DNA of 18,971 nucleotides, taken from Planctomycetota bacterium. GTDB lineage: Bacteria > Planctomycetota > J058. Positions 1 through 6,892 of the stretch are shown piece by piece. The stretch spans positions 1 through 18,971 of the forward strand of contig JAMLIC010000006.1 in the NCBI GenBank assembly GCA_023954375.1. Reading direction: 5' to 3'. Numbering within the stretch: position 1 is the first letter of the stretch; every line of letters begins with the position of its first letter. The position numbers were made by a program, and so were the translations under genes. Below the pieces are notes generated by a model. The model saw nothing but the letters and a program-made list of their open reading frames with translations. It was not told the origin of the DNA and ran no database searches.

Positions 1-120
1 CCCCCCCCCCCGGGGGGGGGGGGGGCGGGGGGGGGGGGGGGCCCCGGCCCCCCCCCCCGCCCCCCCCCCGCCTCGCCTCGGCCTCGGCGGCCTCGCCTCG
101 CTCGTCGCTCCGCTCCGCCC
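1..120. repeat. Low-complexity C/G homopolymer block (C11, G19, G14, C11...) followed by CCTCG-type short repeats. Probably a contig-end sequencing or assembly artefact.
   Basis: Directly visible: runs of 10-19 identical C or G residues and no coding structure. The window begins inside it. Confidence 0.6.
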
Positions 121-177
121 GTGGCCATGCAGGCGGGCCGCGACATCACCGAGGTGAGGCGTCGAGCAACCGCGGGG

Positions 178-194
178 GTGACGGCGCCCGTCAC
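178..194 (-). terminator. Perfect 7-bp inverted repeat GTGACGG-cgc-CCGTCAC about 85 nt downstream of the PilT-PilZ stop. Candidate GC-rich hairpin terminator with no U-tract.
   Basis: Inverted repeat read directly from the sequence. No T/U run follows on either strand, so intrinsic-terminator function is uncertain. Confidence 0.25.
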
Positions 195-278
195 ACTGTG
201 GGACGAGCCCGGAGATGCCCGAGAGGGGACGAGCGCGAGACGACGGGACTCATGTGCATCGGCGGCCGCAGCCGTCGC

Positions 279-1742
279 CTATGAGTGAAGCCGGAGGTAG
301 CGGTCGAGCGCCTGCGCCGCCGGCGGCGTGAGCCGCCCGAAGCGCACGCCGACCAGGTAGCGCCCGTCGTCCTCGCGGGAGACCGAGCGCACGTCGCCGT
401 CCGCCTCGACGACCACGTCCTCGAGCGCGAGCGACAGGCGCAGGCGGGCGCCGATGAGGAGCGGGTGATCGAGCTCCAGGCGCGCGCCGTCGTGCGAGAG
501 GTCGCGCGTCCGGCTGGCCGTCAGCTCGCGCGGCACCCCGAGCAGGTCGTCGTACTCGCCCACGTTGACCAGCGTCAGCGCCTGCACCCGCGGCTCGTGG
601 CGCCGCTCCTGCGGCGCCGCCGGCGGCCGGCGTCGCCGGGCCCCGCCCTGCCACCACGGGCGCTCGCGCGCCTCCGGCCGCGCGGCCCGCGCGAAGCGCT
701 GCGGGTCGCGCGCGTGGCGCGCGGCCTCCTCGGCCGTCACCTGCCCCGTCCGCACGAGCGCCTCGAGCGAGTCGTCGAGCAGGATCATCCCCTCGCCGGC
801 GACCTGGATCGCGCTGCGCAGCTCGTGCGTGCGCCCCCCCCGGATCAGCGCCGAGATCGCGGGCGACTGGAGCATCACCTCGCAGGCCGGGAGGCGGCCC
901 TTCCCGGTGCGCTCGTCGACGAGCACCTGGCTGACGACGGCGCGCAGCGACTGGGAGAGCATGGCCCTGGCCAGCGGGAGCTCGTCGCTCTCGAACAGGT
1001 CGAGGATCCGCTCCACGGTCTGGCCGGCGTCGTTGGCGTGCAGCGTGGCCAGCACCAGGACCCCCGTCTCGGCGGCCGTCAGGGCCGCGCGCACGGTCTC
1101 CAGGTCGCGCAGCTCGCCCACGAGGAGCACGTCCGGGTCCTCGTGCAGGCTGTCGATCACCCCCTGGTGGAAGGTCGGCACGTCCACGCCCACGGCGCGC
1201 TGCTGCACCAGCGAGCGCCCCGAGGCGTGCTGGTACTCGAGGGGGTCCTCGATGGTGATGATGTTCAACGCCTCGGCCTCGGCGAGCCGGCGCGTCAGCG
1301 CCGCGAGGGTGGAGGTCTTGCCGGTCCCCGTGGGGCCGGTCACGAGCACGAGCCCGGACCGGAGCTCGGCGAGTCGCACGACCACCGGGGGGAGGCGCAG
1401 CTCCTCGAGCGACGGCACGGCCCCGGCGAGCGGCCGGAGCGCGAGGGCGAGGCCCGTCCGCTGCCGGTAGGCGTGCCCGCGCCACCGCGCGCCGCCGCCG
1501 TCGACCACCGAGAACTCGAGGTAGCCCCGGGCGTCGAGGCGCGCCTGGCCGCCCTCCGGCAGGAGCCCGGCCAGGAGGCCCCGCAGGGCGCCGTCGTCGA
1601 GGGCGGCGCTCCCCTCGACCTCGATCAGCTCGCCCTGCAGGCGCATGCGCGGCCGCAGCCCTGCCTGGAGGTGCAGGTCCGAGCAGTGGAGCTCGAACGT
1701 GCGCTTCATCAGCCCGCCGAGCGTCGCTCCGAAGCTGGTCAT
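279..1742 (-). CDS. PilT-family (type IV pilus retraction-type, GspE/VirB11 superfamily) hexameric ATPase fused to a C-terminal PilZ domain.
   Basis: PilT core motifs: SDLHL, Walker A GPTGTGKTST, Asp box ITIEDPLEY, and His box TLHAND. The C-terminal ~110 aa carry canonical PilZ motifs RRHEPR (RRxxxR), then DLSHDG (DxSxxG) 30 aa later. The ATG lies 1 nt after the upstream gene's TGA. Confidence 0.85.
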   Translation of the reverse strand: MTSFGATLGGLMKRTFELHCSDLHLQAGLRPRMRLQGELIEVEGSAALDDGALRGLLAGLLPEGGQARLDARGYLEFSVVDGGGARWRGHAYRQRTGLALALRPLAGAVPSLEELRLPPVVVRLAELRSGLVLVTGPTGTGKTSTLAALTRRLAEAEALNIITIEDPLEYQHASGRSLVQQRAVGVDVPTFHQGVIDSLHEDPDVLLVGELRDLETVRAALTAAETGVLVLATLHANDAGQTVERILDLFESDELPLARAMLSQSLRAVVSQVLVDERTGKGRLPACEVMLQSPAISALIRGGRTHELRSAIQVAGEGMILLDDSLEALVRTGQVTAEEAARHARDPQRFARAARPEARERPWWQGGARRRRPPAAPQERRHEPRVQALTLVNVGEYDDLLGVPRELTASRTRDLSHDGARLELDHPLLIGARLRLSLALEDVVVEADGDVRSVSREDDGRYLVGVRFGRLTPPAAQALDRYLRLHS

Positions 1743-1743
1743 C

Positions 1744-3090
1744 TCACGCCTCCTCGCCGGCGCGCAGGACGCGCGCCGGGTCGAGCGCCAGGGGCAGCGC
1801 GTCGGCCGCGGCGACCTTGCCGGACCGCACCAGCCCCACGAGGGCGTCGTCGAGCATGCTCATCCCCTCCTTGCCCGAGGCCTGCATGACCCCCTGCAGC
1901 TGGTGCACCAGGTCCTCGCGGATCAGGCGGGCCACCGCGGGGGTCGCGACGAGCACCTCGGTCGCGAGGTGCTGACGGAGCCCGTCCGTGCCCGGGAGCA
2001 GGTGCTGGCTGACGACCAGCCGGAGCACGCTCGCGAGCATGCCGCGGACCATCGTCCGCTTGCGCCCCGTGTAGGCGTCGAGCACGCGCAGCACGCTCCG
2101 GTGCGCGCCGCTCGTGTGCAGGGTGCCGAGCACCAGGTGGCCCGTCTCGGCCGCAGTCAGGGCGGCCATGATCTGGTCGGGGGTGGCAAGCTCGGCCAGC
2201 ACGATCACGTCCGGGTTCTCCCGGACGACCGAGCGCAGCCCCTCGGTGTAGCTCGCGACGTGCGAGCCCACCTCGCGCTGGCTGATCAGGCAGGTGCGGC
2301 TCGGCAGCACGTACTCGATCGGCCGCTCGAGCGTGACCACGTGGCTGCGCCGGGTCTGGTTGAAGAGCTCGATGACGGCGGCCAGCGTCGTGGTCTTGCC
2401 GCTCCCGCGCGGGCCCGTGACCAGCACCAGCCCACGCTTCAGCCGGGGCACCTGCGTGAGGATCGGGGGGAGGGCCAGCCAGTCGTGCTCGGGGACCGCC
2501 TCGGGGATCCGCCGCACGGCCGCGCTCGGCCCGCGCGACTGCATGAACAGGCCCAGCCTGAAGCGCCCGATCCCCTCGCGCGGCAGGTGCACGAGCAGGC
2601 TCCGCTCGCGCTCGAGCTCGGCCCGCTGCTCCGCCGTGAGCGCCGACTCGATCAGCGCGCGGCAGCGCTCCGGCTCGAGCGGCCGCGGCGCGAGGCTGAC
2701 CAGCCGGCCGGCGATCCGGGCGTTGATGCGCGCCCCGGGCGTCAGGTGCAGGTCGGTGGCGCCGACCTCGACCTGGATGCGGAGGAGCTCGTCGAGGTCC
2801 GCCGCCTCGGCGCGCTCCGCCACCGCCTTGCGCGAGAAGTGCCCGCCCTCACCGCCGCCCTCGACCCGCCGCTGGCAGGCGAGCAGGCGCTCGAGGGAGG
2901 GCCGGGAGACGAGCCCCTCGTCGACCAGCAGGTCGCCCAGGAAGCGGGGCGGGTCCTGCGTGGCCTGGAGCTCGAGGCACCGCGCGACCTCCGCCTCCTC
3001 CACCAGGCCGTAGCGGACCGCGAGCTCACCCAGCTGCTTGCACCCGGGCGCCTCCCGGGGCTCCCGACCGACTTCCACTGCGCTCCCCAT
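1744..3090 (-). CDS. PilT-like ATPase with an N-terminal MshEN / T2SSE_N-type domain (putative c-di-GMP receptor).
   Basis: Walker A GPRGSGKTT, Asp box VTLERPIEY, His box TLHTSGA. The N-terminus has two tandem 24-residue motifs, QLGELAVRYGLVEEAEVARCLELQ and RFLGDLLVDEGLVSRPSLERLLACQ. These match the MshEN c-di-GMP-binding consensus RLGxxLLxxGLIxxxxLxxxLxxQ. Start chosen at the ATG at 3090, which has GGAGGTG 7 nt upstream. The ORF track extends to 3168 but that stretch lacks an SD. Confidence 0.8.
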   Translation of the reverse strand: MGSAVEVGREPREAPGCKQLGELAVRYGLVEEAEVARCLELQATQDPPRFLGDLLVDEGLVSRPSLERLLACQRRVEGGGEGGHFSRKAVAERAEAADLDELLRIQVEVGATDLHLTPGARINARIAGRLVSLAPRPLEPERCRALIESALTAEQRAELERERSLLVHLPREGIGRFRLGLFMQSRGPSAAVRRIPEAVPEHDWLALPPILTQVPRLKRGLVLVTGPRGSGKTTTLAAVIELFNQTRRSHVVTLERPIEYVLPSRTCLISQREVGSHVASYTEGLRSVVRENPDVIVLAELATPDQIMAALTAAETGHLVLGTLHTSGAHRSVLRVLDAYTGRKRTMVRGMLASVLRLVVSQHLLPGTDGLRQHLATEVLVATPAVARLIREDLVHQLQGVMQASGKEGMSMLDDALVGLVRSGKVAAADALPLALDPARVLRAGEEA

Positions 3091-3181
3091 CCTGCCACCT
3101 CCGCGATGTCGGCGGGGCTTCGCAAGCCGCGCGCCGCGCGCAACTGCAAGGCAGGCGAGGGGTGTCATCGGCGCGCGACGC

Positions 3182-3207
3182 CGCCGGTCGCGCGGCCGTG
3201 ACCGGCG
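3182..3207 (-). other. Stem-loop (8-bp stem CGCCGGTC / GACCGGCG, 10-nt loop) immediately 3' of the WD40 stop codon, inside the 117-nt spacer before the PilT-MshEN gene.
   Basis: Inverted repeat read directly. Its position between co-directional genes suggests an intra-operon attenuator, stability element or terminator. Confidence 0.3.
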
Positions 3208-4716
3208 TCAGTCAGGCAGCACGTGGCGGCGGACCGCGCCGGTCCGCGCGCCGGCGAGCAGCGACCGGCCGTCGGGCGCGAAGGCGACGGCGAGCTGCAC
3301 GGCGGGAGACGGCCACTCCGCCACGCGCTCGCCGTCGAGGCGCGTCAGGCGCACACCATCGGTGTGGGCCGTCGCGACGAGGGCTCCGTCGGGCGAGAGG
3401 GCCATCGCGTAGATGCCGCGCTCGTGCACGCGCAGCGGGGCGCCGACCTCCTGGCCCGTGGCGACGTCGAAGCGGCGGACGTGGCCGTCATCGCACGCCG
3501 TGAGCAGGGAGGTGCCGTCGGGCGTGAAGGCCAGGTCCTGCACGGCGTCCAGGTGGGGCGCGGTCCAGCGCGCCGCCCCGCTGGCGAGGTCATGGAGCAC
3601 CGCCCGCTGGTCGGAGCCCCCGGTGGCGCAGAGGGCCCCGTCGGGCGAGAGGGCCAGGGCGCCGACCTTCCGCTCGTGGCCCGCGACCTCGAGCAGGGGC
3701 CGGTCGCCGCCTGGCGTCCCGGGCCACACGCGCAGGGCGCCGTCGTACCCGGCGCTGACCAGGCGCCCGTCGGGGAGGGCGCGCAAGGCGGTGACGCCGC
3801 CCTCGTGCGCCGGCCAGCTCCCGCGCGCCTCGCCCGTGGCGACGTCCCAGGCGGCGATCACGCCCGCGAGGTCGCCCGCCCACAGGCGCGCGCCGTCGGG
3901 GCTGAAGGCCAGGGCCAACGGGTCGATCGGCGCCCGGCGCATGACGTGGAGGGGGTCGCCCGAGGCCGCGTCGCGCAGCGTCAGGTGGCCCGTGCGCGCG
4001 GCGAACGCCACGCGCGCCCCGTCCGGCGCGAAGACGATCGCGCGCACGATGCACGGCTCGGCGGAGAAGCGCCGCCCGGTCCGCGCCCGCCGGGCGGCCA
4101 CCGGGTCACCCAGGTCGAGGACCCACGGCGCCAGGTCGTCACGGATGACGACGCGCACCTGCGCGGGGGCGTGGGCGAGCAGCCCGCGCTCGAGGCCGTC
4201 CCGCAGGAGCGTCGCCGCGTTCTCCGGCTCGCGAGCGACGGCGCACGCCATCAGGACCTGCTCGCCCGCCGCGACGGCCCCCCAGCCCTCTGCCATCGTC
4301 GCCGCCGCGGCCTCGCGCAGCGCCTCGAGCGCCACCCGGCGGCTCGCGGCCGGCGCGAGCAACGCGCCGTCGAGCGCGTCGAGCAGGCGGACGACGAGGT
4401 CGTCGGGGCCGTCGAAGCGCTCCCAGCGCACGGGCGCGGCGTGGGCGGCCGCGGCCGCCGTGCGCAGGCAGGCCTCGGGGCCGAGCGCGACCGCGGCGCG
4501 AATCACGGCCTCGACCCAGGCGCTCGGCTGGGCCTGCGCGGGCTCGACGCCGGCCACGGCGCAGGCCGCCCGGTGCCCCAGGGCCACGGCGAGGTCGAGC
4601 GCGAGGGGGTCGAGGAGGCCCAGGCGGGCCCGCTCGCCCAGGAGGCGCGCCGCGGCGGCGTCGCCCGGCTGCTCGCGCCAGGCGCGCTCGGCGGCGCGCA
4701 GCCGCTCGTCGCTCAC
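3208..4716 (-). CDS. WD40 beta-propeller protein: an N-terminal ~230-aa Ala/Leu-rich helical domain plus ~7 WD-like repeats.
   Basis: The C-terminal half has repeated [AS]-x-D-G-x-x-[LV] ... W-D blades (FSPDGARLWAGDLAGVIAAWDV, LSPDGALCATGGSD, FTPDGTSLLTACDDGHVRRFDV, LSPDGALVATAHTDG, FAPDGRSLLAGA). GTG start at 4716 is preceded by GGAGGG. It overlaps the upstream gene's stop as GTGA. The longer ORF-track start (5124) runs antisense through the upstream gene and is rejected. Confidence 0.8.
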   Translation of the reverse strand: MSDERLRAAERAWREQPGDAAAARLLGERARLGLLDPLALDLAVALGHRAACAVAGVEPAQAQPSAWVEAVIRAAVALGPEACLRTAAAAAHAAPVRWERFDGPDDLVVRLLDALDGALLAPAASRRVALEALREAAAATMAEGWGAVAAGEQVLMACAVAREPENAATLLRDGLERGLLAHAPAQVRVVIRDDLAPWVLDLGDPVAARRARTGRRFSAEPCIVRAIVFAPDGARVAFAARTGHLTLRDAASGDPLHVMRRAPIDPLALAFSPDGARLWAGDLAGVIAAWDVATGEARGSWPAHEGGVTALRALPDGRLVSAGYDGALRVWPGTPGGDRPLLEVAGHERKVGALALSPDGALCATGGSDQRAVLHDLASGAARWTAPHLDAVQDLAFTPDGTSLLTACDDGHVRRFDVATGQEVGAPLRVHERGIYAMALSPDGALVATAHTDGVRLTRLDGERVAEWPSPAVQLAVAFAPDGRSLLAGARTGAVRRHVLPD

Positions 4717-6002
4717 GGGCCCTCCGGATAGAGCAGCGCCCGCGCCCGGGCGCGGGCGAACGCCGCCAGGGCCGGGTCGGCCCGCCAGCGGGCGACGATC
4801 GCCGCCGGGTCGTCGCCGCGCTCGAGCGCCTCCAGCACCCACCGCGCGCCGATCAGGCCGCGCAGGCGGTCGACCCGGTAGCGGTCCGGGTGCAGGCGCA
4901 GGAGCGCGTCGAGCAGGTGCAGACCTGCCTCGACGGGCCGCAGGGCGCGCCGGTCCGTCACGACGACGCGCACGCCCCGGCAGACCTGCTCGGCGAACGG
5001 GTAGGCGACGTTCTCGCGCCCGGTCACGTCGCGGCGCGACGGGACGAACGTCGTGGCCGAGAACCATAGCCCCGGGAGGGCGCGGGCCTCGAGGGCCGCG
5101 GCCAGCCCCTCGCCGTCGACCCACGGCGCGCCGACGTACTCGAACGGCCGGTCGGTCCCGCGGCCGACGGAGAGGTCGTGGTTGGCCTCCGTGAGCGCCA
5201 CCATGGGGTAGAGGAGCGCCTCGTCGACCGAGCGCAGGTTGGGCGAGGGGTTCACCCAGGGCAGGCCGGTCTCGTCCTGGAGCAGGCCGCGCCGCCAGCC
5301 CTCGCAGGCGATCACCTGCAGGTCGGCGGCGAGGTCGTCGTTCATGAGCCGCGCCACCTCACCCACCGTCATCCCGTGGGTCACGGGCATGGGCCAGAAC
5401 GAGGTGAAGCGGCCGACGAGGTCCGGGTCCTGCAGCGGGCCGTCGAACCCGTGGCCGCCGGTCGGGTTCGGACGGTCGAGGACGACCACGCGCAGGCCGC
5501 GGCGGGCGGCCTCCTCGAGGAGCAGGCCGAGCGTCGAGATGTAGGTGTAGAAGCGAGCGCCGACGTCCTGGATGTCGAACACCAGCGTGTCGAGCCCCTC
5601 GAGCATCGCGTCGGTCGGGCGGCGCGTCTGCCCGTAGAGGCTGTGGACCGGCAGGCCGGTGCGCGCATCGACGCCCGAGGCCACCGGCGCGTCCTGGTCC
5701 CCGCGCAGCCCGTGCTCGGGCGAGAGGAGAGCCGCGAGCGTGACCCCCGGCGCGGCGACCAGGAGGTCGATCGCGTGCCGGCCCTGGCGGTCGATCGCCG
5801 TGTGGTTGACGACGAGGCCGACGCGCCGGCCGCGCAGGGGGGCGCAGCCGTCGCGGACGAGGACGTCGAGGCCGGTGAGCACGACCGTCGAGACGGGCGC
5901 GACCGGCCCCGCGTCCGGACCCGACGTGGGCGGGGCCGGCGCGGGCGGCGGGGCGGCGCAGCCGAGCGCGAGCAGGAGCAGGGCGAGCGGGGCGCGGCTC
6001 AC
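4713..6002 (-). CDS. namZ: DUF1343-family lipoprotein (NamZ-like exo-beta-N-acetylmuramidase family).
   Basis: Signal peptide with lipobox LALGC. Motifs I associate with DUF1343/YbbC/NamZ: GRRVGLVVNHTAIDRQGRH, LLSPEHGLRG, LDRPNPTGG. GTG start with GGAGGA upstream. Family assignment is from memory of motifs, not a search. Confidence 0.65.
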   Translation of the reverse strand: MSRAPLALLLLALGCAAPPPAPAPPTSGPDAGPVAPVSTVVLTGLDVLVRDGCAPLRGRRVGLVVNHTAIDRQGRHAIDLLVAAPGVTLAALLSPEHGLRGDQDAPVASGVDARTGLPVHSLYGQTRRPTDAMLEGLDTLVFDIQDVGARFYTYISTLGLLLEEAARRGLRVVVLDRPNPTGGHGFDGPLQDPDLVGRFTSFWPMPVTHGMTVGEVARLMNDDLAADLQVIACEGWRRGLLQDETGLPWVNPSPNLRSVDEALLYPMVALTEANHDLSVGRGTDRPFEYVGAPWVDGEGLAAALEARALPGLWFSATTFVPSRRDVTGRENVAYPFAEQVCRGVRVVVTDRRALRPVEAGLHLLDALLRLHPDRYRVDRLRGLIGARWVLEALERGDDPAAIVARWRADPALAAFARARARALLYPEGP

Positions 6003-6072
6003 GGGGGCCAGTCCTCCAGCGCCTCGCGCGCCCGCTCGCCCCCGGCCAGGGCGGCGGCCCCGAGGGCGCAGG

Positions 6073-6864
6073 TCACAGGCGCCCGGCGCGCCGCAGCTCC
6101 TCGTCCTGCGCCCGCGTCCGCCGGTAGTAGGCGGTCATCGTCAGGAGGCTCGCCGCCGGCGGGTCGAGGTAGGCGGTCACGCGCCGGTGGAGCTGCAGCG
6201 CGCTGGCGGGGAAGAAGCTCGACACCGGCCCCTCGACCATGCCGCGCACGGCCTGCGCCTTCTTGGGGCCGATCGCCTGGAGCAGGACCTCGCGCGCGTC
6301 GAGGATCGTGCCGATGCCCATGGTCACGGCGAGCACCGGCGGCCGCTCGCCCGGGCCATAGAAGCGGGCGTTGTCCTCGAGCGTGCGCTCGGTCAGCGTC
6401 TTGACGCGCGTGCGCGACGCCAGCGACGACGTGGGCTCGTTGAAGCCGATGTGCCCGTTGCGCCCGATCCCCAGCAGCTGCACGTCGATCCCGCCGCACG
6501 CCGCGATCCGCGCCTCGTACTCCTCGCAGCGGCGCAGGAGGTCCTTGCCGTCGGCGGGCGGGAAGTGGACGTTCTCCGGCGGCAGGTCGAGCCCCTCGAA
6601 CAGGTGCTCGCGCATGAACGTGCGGTAGCTCTGCGGGTGCTCCGCCGGCAGGTCCAGGTACTCGTCGAGGTTGAACGTGCGCACGCGCGCGAAGCTCACC
6701 TCGCCGCGCGCGTGCGCCTCGCGCAGGCGGCGGTAGACGCCGACCGGGGTCGAGCCCGTGGCCAGCCCGAGCACGAGGTCGGGCTTGGCCTTCAGGCGCG
6801 CGACGATGACGTCGGCGACCTGCGCGGCCGCGTCCTCGGCGTCGCGTGCGAGCACGATCTCCAC
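6073..6864 (-). CDS. nagB: Glucosamine-6-phosphate deaminase.
   Basis: Classic NagB signatures GLATGSTP and GIGRNGHIGFNEP. Length 263 aa. GTG start with GAGGAGGA 6 nt upstream. Confidence 0.9.
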   Translation of the reverse strand: MEIVLARDAEDAAAQVADVIVARLKAKPDLVLGLATGSTPVGVYRRLREAHARGEVSFARVRTFNLDEYLDLPAEHPQSYRTFMREHLFEGLDLPPENVHFPPADGKDLLRRCEEYEARIAACGGIDVQLLGIGRNGHIGFNEPTSSLASRTRVKTLTERTLEDNARFYGPGERPPVLAVTMGIGTILDAREVLLQAIGPKKAQAVRGMVEGPVSSFFPASALQLHRRVTAYLDPPAASLLTMTAYYRRTRAQDEELRRAGRL

Positions 6865-6892
6865 GCCGTCCTCCTCGTCAGCCGGTCTCTCG

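Noticed and set aside
127-285. Small plus-strand ORF, 52 aa (MQAGRDITEVRRRATAGVTAPVTLWDEPGDAREGTSARRRDSCASAAAAVAYE).
   Set aside because: It has no RBS and begins right after the homopolymer artefact. GC3 bias decays along it and it contains the 178-194 hairpin. It could be the 3' remnant of a truncated gene, but I cannot support a call.
3208-5124. N-terminal over-extensions of real genes in the ORF track: WD40 to 5124, DUF1552 to 10407, DUF1592 to 12131, kinase to 14366, ECF sigma to 15265, PilT-MshEN to 3168, and the type-I membrane protein to 8344.
   Set aside because: The extended parts overlap upstream genes in other frames and are low-complexity Arg/Pro/Gly sequence. Internal GTG/ATG starts coincide with GTGA overlaps, SD sequences or signal peptides.
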